NCBI GenBank assembly: GCA_963840855.1
Contig: CAWJBB010000087.1
Location: 64,001 to 128,000, forward strand
Source: an uncultured delta proteobacterium
GTDB taxonomy: Bacteria; Desulfobacterota; Binatia; UBA9968
Reading direction: 5' to 3'
Length of the DNA: 64,000 bases
Below, one piece after another: positions 42,229 to 52,139 of the stretch (position 1 is its first letter; each line of letters starts with the position of its first letter). Both the position numbers and the translations under genes were made by a program. Below the pieces are notes generated by a model, which saw only the letters and a program-made list of their open reading frames with translations, made no database searches and had not been told where the DNA came from.

Positions 42229-43397
42229 GTGACGTCGATGGCGGATGAAGCGGTTGTTGCCAAATTGAGGGTCGATCAGGTGGGCAGTCTCCTGCGCCCA
42301 AAAAAATTGAAGGATGTCTATGCCCGGCATGGGCTCGGCGCGGTGAGCGATGGCAATTTGCGCGAAGCGCAAGACGAGGCGATTCACGCCCTCATAGTCC
42401 AGCAGGAGGCGCACCGCTTGCCGGTGCTGACCGACGGCGAATATCGCCGGCTCAATTTTCAGGATAGCTTTGTCGAATCGGTTTCCGGATTCGTTTCAGA
42501 AAAACAGACACTGCAATTCCAGGAAAGCCGCACCTTGGGTGGGCAAGCCTTGCAGCGCTGGCAGCCGGATTCGGCCATAACCGATCCAAAACTCCAGTAC
42601 TGGCGGCCCATCACCCGGCGACTGCGCCTGAACGAGAACCAGCCCCTCAAAGAGTGGCGCTTCGCCGCCAAGCTTACGATGAAGCCGGTAAAAGTCACCT
42701 TGCTTTCGCCGGACCGGGTCTGCGAAAATTTCGAGCGCCAGAACTCCTCGCGGAGTATATGTCGATTTGGAGGAATACCTCGCCGACGTCGTCTCCATTT
42801 GCCGGCGCCTCGTCACCCAGTTGGCCGATGCGGGTTGTCCCTACATACAGATCGACGCGCCGAGCTATACGTCCTACGTCGACGCGCAGTCTCTGGAAAA
42901 GATGCAGCGCGGCGGGGATGGACCCGGTGGCGAAAATGGAACGCTCCATAATGGCGGACAACGCGATTGTCGGCGGCGTCAATGGCGTAACGTTCGGCAT
43001 CCACCTGTGCCGCGGCAACGTGCGCAGCATGTGGCACCGCGAGGGCAGTTACGACGCCATCGCCGAGCGTTTATTCAATGCGCTTAAACATCAGCGCTTT
43101 CTGCTCGAATACGACACGGAGCGGGCCGGCGGCTTTGAGCCGTTGCGATTTGTGCCCAAGGATAAAATAGTCGTGCTCGGTCTCGTCAGCACCAAGGTCC
43201 CGGCCCTGGAAAGCCCCGATGAATTGAAGCGCAGGATTGACGAGGCCTCGCGTTACCTGCCGCTGGAGCAATTGGCGCTGAGCCCGCAGTGCGGCTTTTC
43301 ATCCAACATCGTCGGCAATCTTCTTAGCGAAGACGATCAGTGGCGCAAGTTCGATCTCATCCGCCAGGTCGCAGCCGATGTTTGGGGCGAAGGATGA
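42229..43397 (+). CDS. Cobalamin-independent methionine synthase II family protein (single-barrel MetE-like), frameshifted
   Basis: VGSLLRP, TDGEYRR, YIQIDAP, GIHLCRGN, LEYD, SPQCGF across three ORFs. Confidence 0.85.
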
Positions 43398-43407
43398 AGT
43401 CGAAAGA

Positions 43408-43477
43408 AATGGAGTGTTGGAGTAACGGAGTATTGGAGTATTGGGTCTCACATCACTGCACCACTCCAGTACTCCAG
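43408..43477. repeat. Octamer (GGAGTATT / ACTCCA) inverted repeat array
   Basis: ATGGAGTGTTGGAGTAACGGAGTATTGGAGTATTGG ... CACCACTCCAGTACTCCA. Confidence 0.8.
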
Positions 43478-43499
43478 TGTCGACGAGGGGTTTGGCACG

Positions 43500-44768
43500 A
43501 TGATCACGCAAGAAGAAAATAATCTATTGACCCAGACCGGGCCGCGCACGCCGTGCGGCGAGATGATGCGGCGCTACTGGCAGCCGGTGGCGCTCAGCGA
43601 AGAACTGCCGGAAGGCAGCGCGCCTTTGAAGGTGCGCATATTCGGCGAAGAACTGGCGCTTTTCCGCGACGATCAGGGCCGGCCGGGGCTCATCGGACTG
43701 CACTGCTCGCACCGCGGCACCGATTTGAGCTACGGGCGCGTTGAAAACGGCGGCTTGCGCTGCCTCTATCACGGATGGCTCTACGATATTTGCGGCCGCG
43801 TGCTGGAACAGCCCGGCGAGCCGGGCGGCGGGGCCAACCGGCATGCAATCAAGCATCGCGCTCACCCATGCCAGGAGGCGGGCGGCGTAATTTTCACGTA
43901 TTTGGGCCCGGGCGATGCGCCGCTTTTGCCCAACTATGAGTTTCTCACTGTACCGGAGGAGCAGCGGAGCGTTACCAAGGCTTTTTATACCTGCAATTAT
44001 CTCCAGGGGAACGAAGGCAACATCGATCCGGTGCACCTGTCGTTTTTGCATCAGCATTTGTCGGAAGCCCGTCCGCCGCTGCAACGGATTGTCGGCGGCA
44101 GCGGGGAGACGGACAATACGCTCCTGGCCAGAGACCTCGCGCCGACCATCGAAGTGGAGCTGATGGACTACGGTCTTCGGATCTGCACCTTGCGCGCCGC
44201 CGAGGCGGGGAAGCGTTATTTGCGGATCACCAATTTCATTTTGCCGAACTTATCCGCTTTCGGCGGTTCAACGGTCGGCGAGGGTTACGCCGTCCATTGG
44301 CATGTGCCCATCGATGATCAGACTCACTGGAAATATATTTTCATGTTCAGCCGGAAGCGGGCCATCACTGCGGAGCTGCGCGACAAGAACCGGGCGGACA
44401 TCTCGCCGGATTACCGCTTGACGCGCAGTCAAGTCAACCGTTACCAGCAGGACCGCGCGTCGATGGCGACGAAAAGTTTCACCGGCATGGGCTTTAACTT
44501 CCAGGCCCACGATGCCTTCGCGACGGAAAGCCAGGGGACCATTCAGGACAGGACGCAGGAGAATCTCGTTTCCTCCGACAAGGCCATTATCGCCGCGCGC
44601 AAACTGATCGTGAACGCGATCAGGGACGTGCAAGAAAACCGCCGGCCGCAGCATGTGATGACGGATTCGGGGTCGAACCGCTTTCCCCATCTCATGGTAA
44701 TATCCGAAGTCATCGACGACGCCGTGGACTGGAAAGAGTATGTCAGGCAACTGGCCGGTAACCTTTAA
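43500..44768 (+). CDS. Rieske oxygenase alpha subunit (LigXa-like)
   Basis: CSHR..CLYHGW; EGNIDPVHLSFLH; HDAFATESQG. Confidence 0.9.
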   Translation: MITQEENNLLTQTGPRTPCGEMMRRYWQPVALSEELPEGSAPLKVRIFGEELALFRDDQGRPGLIGLHCSHRGTDLSYGRVENGGLRCLYHGWLYDICGRVLEQPGEPGGGANRHAIKHRAHPCQEAGGVIFTYLGPGDAPLLPNYEFLTVPEEQRSVTKAFYTCNYLQGNEGNIDPVHLSFLHQHLSEARPPLQRIVGGSGETDNTLLARDLAPTIEVELMDYGLRICTLRAAEAGKRYLRITNFILPNLSAFGGSTVGEGYAVHWHVPIDDQTHWKYIFMFSRKRAITAELRDKNRADISPDYRLTRSQVNRYQQDRASMATKSFTGMGFNFQAHDAFATESQGTIQDRTQENLVSSDKAIIAARKLIVNAIRDVQENRRPQHVMTDSGSNRFPHLMVISEVIDDAVDWKEYVRQLAGNL

Positions 44769-44769
44769 A

Positions 44770-44925
44770 ACCGTTCCAATCGTTCCAAACGTTCAAATAG
44801 TTCCAATCGTTGAAGGCAATTGAATCGTTCAAGTTGTAGAGAATTTATGGAAGGTAAACCCTCCGAGACGGTTTGAACGATTTGAACGGCTTGAACGTTT
44901 TGAACAGGCCGACAAGGGAGGCAAT
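44770..44925. repeat. Nonamer (CGTTCAAAT / TTGAACG) inverted element, copy 1 of 3
   Basis: Shares arms, an AACC(C)TCCG core and a CCGAC..AGGGAGG end with 45911..46048 and 47041..47168. Confidence 0.85.
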
Positions 44926-45909
44926 TTGAGATTCCCAAGCAAATGGATTTATGTTGCGGCTTTTATCTTGGTCTCGCCCATTAACACCGGTGCACAGGAA
45001 CGTTACATGCTCGGTTACGCCGGGTTCGCCGGCTTCCAGGTATCCATGTGGGCGGCGAAGGACCTTGGTTTGCTCAAAAAGTACGGCCTCGATGGCGAAG
45101 TGGTGCTGGTTCCCGGGACCACGCGCCAGATACAGGCGCTCGTAGGCGAGAGCATCCATTTCGCGCATGTCGACGCCGCGGGTTACATTCGCGCCGTAAT
45201 GCGGGGAGCGGAAATGGCGCTGGTCGGAGGGTCGTCGAACAAGTTTCCGTTTAGTCTCGTAACTCAAAAAGAGATTCGCAAACCGGCCGAACTGATCGGC
45301 AAGAAGATCGGCATCGTGGGATTTGGCGGCGGCAATGATCTGGCCGTTACACTGCTGCTTAGAGAGTGGAAGATTCCGCGCGAGAAGGTCACGGTGCTGC
45401 AGGCTGGGGGAGGCGCGAACCGGCTCGCGGCTATGATGGCGAAAGCCCTCGACGCAACGGTACTTTCTCATCCGGAGCTGGGGGAGGCGTTGCGCGCGGG
45501 CATGAACGAGCTGGGCAACCTGAACGATTTCAAGTCGGCCGATTATCCGATGAGCGCCGTCGCCGTGCGGCGCTCGTTCTTGCAGAATAACCGCGGTGTC
45601 GTGAAGCGTTTCTTGCAAGCCTACGCCGAAGGCACGTACCAATTCATGAACGACAAGGAGAAAGGGATTAAGATTCTCAGGAACAGATTGAAGCAAGAAA
45701 ACCCGACAGCGCTGGAGGAGACTTACCGGTATTTTGCCCCGCAGTTTTCTTTTCCGACGCGAGTTTCGCAGAACGGATTGCGCAACACCATTGAGATGAT
45801 CGCTACAGAAAATGCCAAAGTAGACACCAATCTTCAGAAGTATCTAGACGAGAGCATACTTGACGAGCTGGAGAAGGAAGGGTTCTTCAAGCGAATTATT
45901 CAGAAATAA
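44926..45909 (+). CDS. NitT/TauT family ABC substrate-binding protein
   Basis: AQERYMLGYAGFAGFQ, KYGLDGE, IGKKIG. Confidence 0.85.
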   Translation: MRFPSKWIYVAAFILVSPINTGAQERYMLGYAGFAGFQVSMWAAKDLGLLKKYGLDGEVVLVPGTTRQIQALVGESIHFAHVDAAGYIRAVMRGAEMALVGGSSNKFPFSLVTQKEIRKPAELIGKKIGIVGFGGGNDLAVTLLLREWKIPREKVTVLQAGGGANRLAAMMAKALDATVLSHPELGEALRAGMNELGNLNDFKSADYPMSAVAVRRSFLQNNRGVVKRFLQAYAEGTYQFMNDKEKGIKILRNRLKQENPTALEETYRYFAPQFSFPTRVSQNGLRNTIEMIATENAKVDTNLQKYLDESILDELEKEGFFKRIIQK

Positions 45910-45910
45910 T

Positions 45911-46048
45911 TCGCGTTCAAATCGTTCAAATAGTTCAAAACGTTCAAAGTCGTTTGAGAAAACCACGGAACTTCGAACCTCCGAGATCGGCTTGAACGAT
46001 TTGAACAGCTTGAACGTTTTGAACACAGCCGACCGCAGGGAGGCATTG
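45911..46048. repeat. Nonamer inverted element, copy 2
   Basis: CGTTCAAATCGTTCAAATAGTTCAAAACGTTCAAA ... TTGAACGATTTGAACAGCTTGAACGTTTTGAAC. Confidence 0.85.
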
Positions 46049-47084
46049 ATGAGATTCGCAGAGCAAATGGACTTCCTACTTCGGGTTTTTGCTGCTGCTG
46101 GTAATGCCCGTCGGCGCCGTCGCCCAGGAACGTTACATGATCGGTTACGCCGGGTTCGCCGGCTTCCAGGCGTCCATGTGGGCTGTCAAAGACCTGGGCT
46201 TACTCAACAAGTACGGTCTTGACGGTGAAGTGGTGATGCTGCCTGGTTCGATTCGGCAGATTCAGGCGCTGGTCAGCGACAGCATTCACTTTGGCCATGT
46301 CGATGCCGCGGGTTCGATACGGGCAATCACGGGGGGCGCGGATGTCGTGCTGGTCGGAGGATCGCTGAATAAGTTTCCTTTTAGTTTTGTCACGCAAAAA
46401 GAGATTCGCAAACCCGCGGACCTGGCGGGCAAGAAAATCGGTATCGTTGGCTTCGGCAGCGCCCACGATCTGGCCATGACGCTGCTGCTTAAAGAATGGA
46501 ACATTCCCCGGCAATCTGTAACGATTCTGCAAAGCGGCGGGGCGGCAAACCGTCTCGTTGCCCTTGCCGCGAATTCGCTGGACGCCACGCTGCTGTCTTA
46601 CCCGGAGATCAGCGAGGCGAACCGGATGGGTATGAACGTGTTGAGTGATTTCAACGAACTAAAGTCCGCGGACTATCCCATCACCGCCGTTGCAGTGCGC
46701 CGCTCCTTCTTGGAGCAAAAACGGGATACGGTAAAACGGTTCATGAAGGCCTATGCTGAGGGGACTCACCTGTTCATAACGGATAAAGAAAAGGCAAGTT
46801 CAGTTTACAAACGGCGACTGAAGCAAAATAACCCGAAAGCGCTCGAAGAGACGTATCAATACTTTGCTCCGAAGTTTTCTTATCCACCGCGGGTCTCCCA
46901 GAACGGACTGCGCAACACATTGGATTTGATCGCGATAGAAAATCCCAAAGTCGCTACGAATCTCGGCAAGTATCTCGACGAAAGTATTTTAGACGAGCTG
47001 GAGAAGGAAGGGTTCTTTAAGCGAATACTGGGAAATAATTCGCGGTTCCAAACGTTCAAAAGTTCAAAAGTTCAAGCCGGTTGA
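46049..47084 (+). CDS. NitT/TauT family SBP, tandem paralog of 44926..45909 (frameshift near start; true stop probably near 47038)
   Basis: Colinear similarity: AQERYMIGYAGFAGFQ ... YLDESILDELEKEGFFKRI. Confidence 0.85.
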
Positions 47085-47168
47085 GAACAAGCTATCGGAA
47101 ATTCAAACCTCCGTTGGACGGTTTGAACTGACTTGAACGATTTGAACCAACCGACCGCAGGGAGGTTT
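47041..47168. repeat. Nonamer inverted element, copy 3
   Basis: Same architecture; ends CCGACCGCAGGGAGG before the ATG. Confidence 0.8.
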
Positions 47169-48032
47169 ATGTTAAGTAGAATTCAACACGCGGCCATCGT
47201 CAGTGAGAACTTCGTGCGCGAGGCCAAATTCTACGAGGCCGTGCTCGGCATGAAGCGGTCCAGGCCTGGTTCCGCCGAAGAAGAAAAAGCGATCCGGACC
47301 AACTACGCGGTCAGCATCAGCGATGGCTACGTCGGCGTCACGGTGATTGGACGAAAACCGGGATATGTTCCGGGCCTGCATCATTTCGGCGTCGACGTCG
47401 ATGATGTTGACGAAGCGATTCGCCGGATCAAGAAAAACTATCCCGACGTCGCGGTGTCTGAAGCGGCCGTCGAACCGGCCCTTCGCGACCTATGGGGCCC
47501 ACGATCCCGAAGGGAATTATTTTGATTAACGCAAGAAGGAATGGCTAACCGAAGAGACGTTTACGCGGCTCGATCTAACTCGCCGCAAGTGGTTCGACCT
47601 GGCTCACCACAGGTCGAGCCGCCGCGGCGCATCCATCACATCAAACTGCGCGTGATGAACCCCGCCAACATCGCTGCATTCTATCGCGACTCGTTCGATT
47701 TGCAGGAAGCGGAGAAAGCGCTCGAAGATCCCAACTTCTATCTCACCGACGGCAAAGTCACGCTGATCGTTGCGCCGTGGAAGATGAGCGACTTCGAAGG
47801 CGCGGGCATCGACCGGCCGGGGATCGAACATATTGGCTTCAAGGTCGAAAATGTCGAAGCCTTCAAGAAGGATCTAGCCGCCTTACGCGAAGCGAATCCC
47901 GAGATGCGCGAGCGCATCGTCAGCGAACCGAGCGAAGGCGAACGCCGCCTCGCTTTGATCGCTTCCTGCCGCCACGGCCAACACCAGTTCTCCAGTCCGG
48001 ACGGGATCTTCGTGGATATTTGCGAGACATAG
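47169..48032 (+). CDS. Two-domain VOC/glyoxalase family protein (frameshifts near 47458 and 47521)
   Basis: IQHAAI, GLHHFG, HDPEGN, IHHIKL, GIEHIGF, SPDG. Confidence 0.8.
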
Positions 48033-48273
48033 GGTACAAAAAAGACCAGCCTAGTCAGCAAGGAACCTTCTTTGTGGACACAGTAATTTGGTTGGATCCG
48101 CGTCAAGATCTTTCAAGTCCTTGAAGTTTAAAGATAATTTAGTCAATATTCATCGTGAGTCCTCTGCGTATTTGTGCCCTCGTTGTGGGGTTGTATCCGT
48201 TTTTAGTGTGCTGTAATATTGTGCTTGACAACACACATTAGCTATGGCTTAATTTCTCCCACGGAGGTGTGTC

Positions 48274-48543
48274 ATGGGTCGTGTGAACGTATTCTTGAAG
48301 GATGAATTGCTCGACGAGATCAACGAGGAAGCCAAAGAAGAAGGGACCAATCGAAGCGCCCTCATCCAGACAGCGTTGGAGAAGTATCTCGAAGGCAAGC
48401 GCCGTGAGCGCGAGGAGGAAGAAAAGCGGAAAAGGATGCAAGAGGCTTCGCGCAATATAGACGAGCTCGCCAAAGAGCTTGGAGACTGGAACCCCGTACC
48501 CATTATTCGCCACTTCCGCGATACAAATCTGAAAGGCGAGTAA
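48274..48543 (+). CDS. Ribbon-helix-helix antitoxin (VapB-type)
   Basis: RVNVFLKDELLDEI..NRSALIQ; abuts a PIN toxin gene. Confidence 0.8.
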   Translation: MGRVNVFLKDELLDEINEEAKEEGTNRSALIQTALEKYLEGKRREREEEEKRKRMQEASRNIDELAKELGDWNPVPIIRHFRDTNLKGE

Positions 48544-48999
48544 ATGGTTGCTCCGTATCACCAAGGGTACGTACTCGATGCGTCCGTGGTTACCAAATGG
48601 TTTGTTGAGCGTAATGAACCCGATCGCGAGCGAGCCCTGGCGCTAAAAGAGATCCATGTATCAGGACGCTCCATCATCTACGTAATGGAACTGACCTTCT
48701 TGGAAGTGCTTAACGCTATCCGCTTCGGTTCGGGGACAAAGGAAGAGCAGGGTGCAAGAGCCATAGCTGGGCTTGTAGAGTTGCAGCTCGAGATCGTGCG
48801 TACTGATTTTCCATTACTCCGTAAAGCCAACGCCATCGCCTGGGCCTACAAAATTACGATCTACGACGCTCTCTATGTTGCCCTCGCCGAGCAAGTGGGA
48901 TATCCCCTCATCACCGCTGATGAAAAAATGATTACGAATCTAAAGGGCCACAGTATCGTCGTCCCTTTGCGGGAATTCGAATTCAGGGCTGAAAATTAG
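48544..48999 (+). CDS. vapC: VapC-family PIN domain toxin
   Basis: VLDASVVTKW, LEVLN, TIYDALYVALA, LITAD. Confidence 0.9.
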   Translation: MVAPYHQGYVLDASVVTKWFVERNEPDRERALALKEIHVSGRSIIYVMELTFLEVLNAIRFGSGTKEEQGARAIAGLVELQLEIVRTDFPLLRKANAIAWAYKITIYDALYVALAEQVGYPLITADEKMITNLKGHSIVVPLREFEFRAEN

Positions 49000-49048
49000 C
49001 GCTTATTGATGTTCTTATTGCGACACTAGGTGTCAGAGTAAAAGTACA

Positions 49049-49315
49049 ATGTCCCCGATTCCCGTTTCGATTCGATCTGATGTACTGGCGCAGACTCGCC
49101 GGCTGAATCCGCGTCAAGCGGGAGCGCTGGATCACTTGCTCGCCCATGGCAAGCTGACTTTGGGCGAGCTGGAAAGTATCTTTCCCGACGTCAACCGCCG
49201 AACTCTACAGCGGGACCTGAAAGCTATGCTCGATAAGAGCTGCTTCGGGAGGTGGCCACGGGACCGACCGACCCCAATCGCCACTATGTACTTGGGGAGC
49301 TGTGACAAGCTATGA
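49049..49315 (+). pseudogene. DeoR-type wHTH fragment resembling the C-terminus of Fic-wHTH proteins
   Basis: LNPRQ..ALD, VNRRTLQRDLK; no upstream domain present. Confidence 0.5.
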
Positions 49316-49473
49316 CATGGAGCTGTGACATGCATTTCTATCCCCTTTGGATCGCGAAATGGCGACCTCCGAGTCGCAATTGCAGTTTCTTAGCGCGAAT
49401 GGCTGAAGCCGAACCGGTGGGCAAGGCGATGTCTTTTGGGAATTTTGATTGCGGTGAACTTCAGGGCGATTAA

Positions 49474-49678
49474 CCGAGGCATTTGATGACGCAGACCAAA
49501 CGAAAGAAGCGCCAAGATCCGAAAAAGCGGAAGATGCAGGAAGCGTCCCGTAAGATGGATGCGTTGGCGGAGAAGTTGGGGAAATCGGATCCTCAGGCAA
49601 CTATCAGGAAATTTCGGGACACGAACTTGAAAGGTGACGGCTGATGAGCCAGACAATGAACGAACCCAATGTCAATCG
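49474..49678 (+). repeat. ~200-bp direct repeat, left copy; contains 52-aa ORF 49486..49644 resembling the C-terminal half of the 48274 antitoxin
   Basis: MTQTKRKKRQDPKKRKMQEASRKMDALAEKLGKSDPQATIRKFRDTNLKGDG vs KRKRMQEASRNIDELAKELGDWNPVPIIRHFRDTNLKGE; DNA matches 60185..60389. Confidence 0.9.
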
Positions 49679-49978
49679 CCGGACAAGGGCGACCGGTTGA
49701 TTTGGCCTATTTGATAACGCTGGAAGCCATTTCGTCGAGGCGGCATCTTGTCCCGGTCCTCATACTTCGGACCAGTCCTCCCCATCCGGGCTTTTCCGTT
49801 TAGCATTTCGGAGTTTAGAAAATCTTCTTTATTACAGAGATCTTAACTTAGGCTTTCCGCGATAAGCCATTCTGGTTAGCGAGTCTTTCGGTAATCGTAA
49901 ACCTGCCCGTGCCCGAAGTCTACGCCCAAACACCGACCCGCCCAAGGCCCCCGCTGGTTATTACGGTTTCACTGGGTA

Positions 49979-50036
49979 TTGACAGTTCTTATCAGTATCT
50001 GGTAAATATTGGATACTCACAATGTATGGGGAGGTT
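49979..50036 (+). promoter_or_regulatory. Putative sigma70 promoter with overlapping AGTATC-N12-GATACT inverted repeat and RBS
   Basis: TTGACA at 49979, imperfect -10 (GGTAAAT) about 17-18 nt downstream, GGGAGG before ATG 50041. Confidence 0.4.
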
Positions 50037-50040
50037 GGAA

Positions 50041-51094
50041 ATGATGCCAAAAGTCCTCGTGGATCCTGAACCTGCGCCTATCACGCTATTACGATAGAAG
50101 GGCAAGAGGTCGAAGTTCAATCTGCTATGCTTCCAATTGATGAAATCAAGCTCGACCCGGAGAATCCTCGTATAAAAAGAGGCCTAAAACCTCCGGTCAC
50201 CCAAGATACCATAAGGAAATTCCTTTTAGAGCAGCCTGGTGTACCGGACTTACAGAAGCAGATCCGTGATAACGGTGGCCTGATCGAACAAATCTTTGTA
50301 AATCAGGCAATATCTGCGCTGTCGAAGGAAACTGTCGAGCCGCTATCTATCGAAGGCTTCGGGACGCTCAGCAAAGCGACTCGCGATGGCAAAAGATCCC
50401 TGCGCTAGTTCTGCCGGCAGAGATTAGTGACGAACAGATCGCGATAGTGCGCGCCATTTTCCATGTGCAGCCGAAATAAAATCAGGTGGGGCGCCTATGA
50501 GCAGCAGGAGCACCTTTACGATATGGCGACCCGGCTCAAAATGGACATCCCCCGAATCGCCCTCCTTCTCGGTGTCAGCCAGAACCGACCGTCCGGAGAC
50601 TAATTGAGGCGTATGAGGGCATGACCAAATATTATGTCCCAAATGCTGGCTCTATCGAGGGACGGCGGGTTTGGTCTTACTTCGACGAGTTATTCAAGAA
50701 TCCAGGTCTGAAAGAATTTCGAGCGAGCGCAAAGAATATGGAGCTATTTTCTCAATTAGTCAAAGAGAAAAAGATTCCTCGTGGTGCCGATGCTCGACAG
50801 CTGGCGAATATTGTGAACGACAGCAAAGCATTTCAGAAGCTTCAAGCTAACGGTTTTAAGCCGGCTCTTAAACAGGCAGGACGCAGCCAACCCGCGAAAG
50901 TCTATCCGCTGTTTAAGAAGATACGACAAGCAAAGGTGGCGTTTGAGAAGATTACACAGGCAGATCTCGAGGATATCCAGAGGCAAGCCGGCCAGCAGAG
51001 TGAGCTGCGTGAACTCTACCGCGCCCTCACGAAGGTCGCCAAATTGGCGAATATTTCGCTCAAGTCGGAGGCGGAGCAAAATGGCAAGAAGTAA
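50041..51094 (+). CDS. ParB/Srx-fold protein, paralog 1 (about four frameshifts)
   Basis: Read across frames: LDPENPR, VEGNCR, WGAYEQ, HTH-like segment, WSYFDELFK. Confidence 0.75.
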
Positions 51095-52120
51095 CATAGC
51101 TGCAACGGCAGCCGAAAAAGTGGTAGTGGACGAAATCACGCTGGATGGACGTAAGGTGGCTGTGCGCAACGAAGAAATTCCAGTCGAACGCCTCCGACTT
51201 GACGCGCAGAATCCTCGCATTGCTAACACTGTCGCCTTTAGACGCGATTTAAAAGCCGATTTCGAAAGTGCAATTGAGGATCTGTTGTGGTCGGACCCAG
51301 ATGTTCGCGACCTGTACCGGCAGGTACTTGTGAATCGCGGACTCATCGAGAGGATCATCGTTACGACGGACTTTACCGTTGTTGAAGGCAATTGCCGACT
51401 GATTGTTTATCGGAAACTGCGAGAAAAGTATCCGGGTGAACCACATTGGATGAAAGTCCCATCACGAGTGCTTCCCGATGACATTAGTAAGCGCAATATT
51501 GCGTTGCTCTTGGCCCAGCTTCATGTCCAGGGGAAGAACGAGTGGTCTAGCTTCGAAAAAGCTGGGCACGTTTATAAGTTACACAAAGAATTCGCGTTAA
51601 CTCAGGATGAGATTGCCCTGAGGCTTCGCATGTCAAAGTCCAAGGTGAATCAGCTCATCCGTGCTTTCGAAGCGATGAAGACAGTGTTCCTTCCACGATT
51701 CCCAGACCCCGCTAACGTTCACAAGTTTTCGTATTTTGAGGAACTCTTCAAGAAACCTGAACTACGGGAATGGGCAATGAATGATGTTGATGCTGTTCAC
51801 CGATTTGCTGGGTGGGTTGGACAAGCAAACTCTCGCAGGGCGTTCAAGTCAGAGACCTATCAGCCATACTTGCGAGTCCAGAGGCCTTGGCTGCACTTGA
51901 GCACGGCGGCTACGTCGAAGCGCGAAAGGTACTTGAAGAAGATGATCCGACAATTTCATCGCCACTGTTTAGAAAAATGGTCGAAATGACTGAGGCTCTT
52001 CGTAATGCACGTCTTGACGATATCCAACGAGCACGGCCGGATGGTAGTCGCGCAGCACGAAGAATTGTACGTGATTTTCAGCAGGCATTAACCCGTTTTG
52101 TTCAGCTGAGTTCGAATTAG
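51081..52120 (+). CDS. ParB/Srx-fold protein, paralog 2 (frameshift near 51820)
   Basis: LDAQNPR, VEGNCR, WSSFEK, TQDEIALRLRMSKSKV (HTH), FSYFEELFK. Confidence 0.8.
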
Positions 52121-52139
52121 TTATACTCGGAGGAAATTA

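Noticed and set aside
44770-47168. Three regularly spaced repeats as a CRISPR array or integron attC sites
   Set aside because: The intervening sequences are whole ~1-kb genes, the repeats are degenerate microsatellite arms, and there are no cas genes, integrase or clear attC R/L boxes
6724-47525. Frameshifts as programmed recoding or mass pseudogenisation
   Set aside because: Scattered single-base indels in otherwise conserved genes fit long-read error better; no consistent slippery sites
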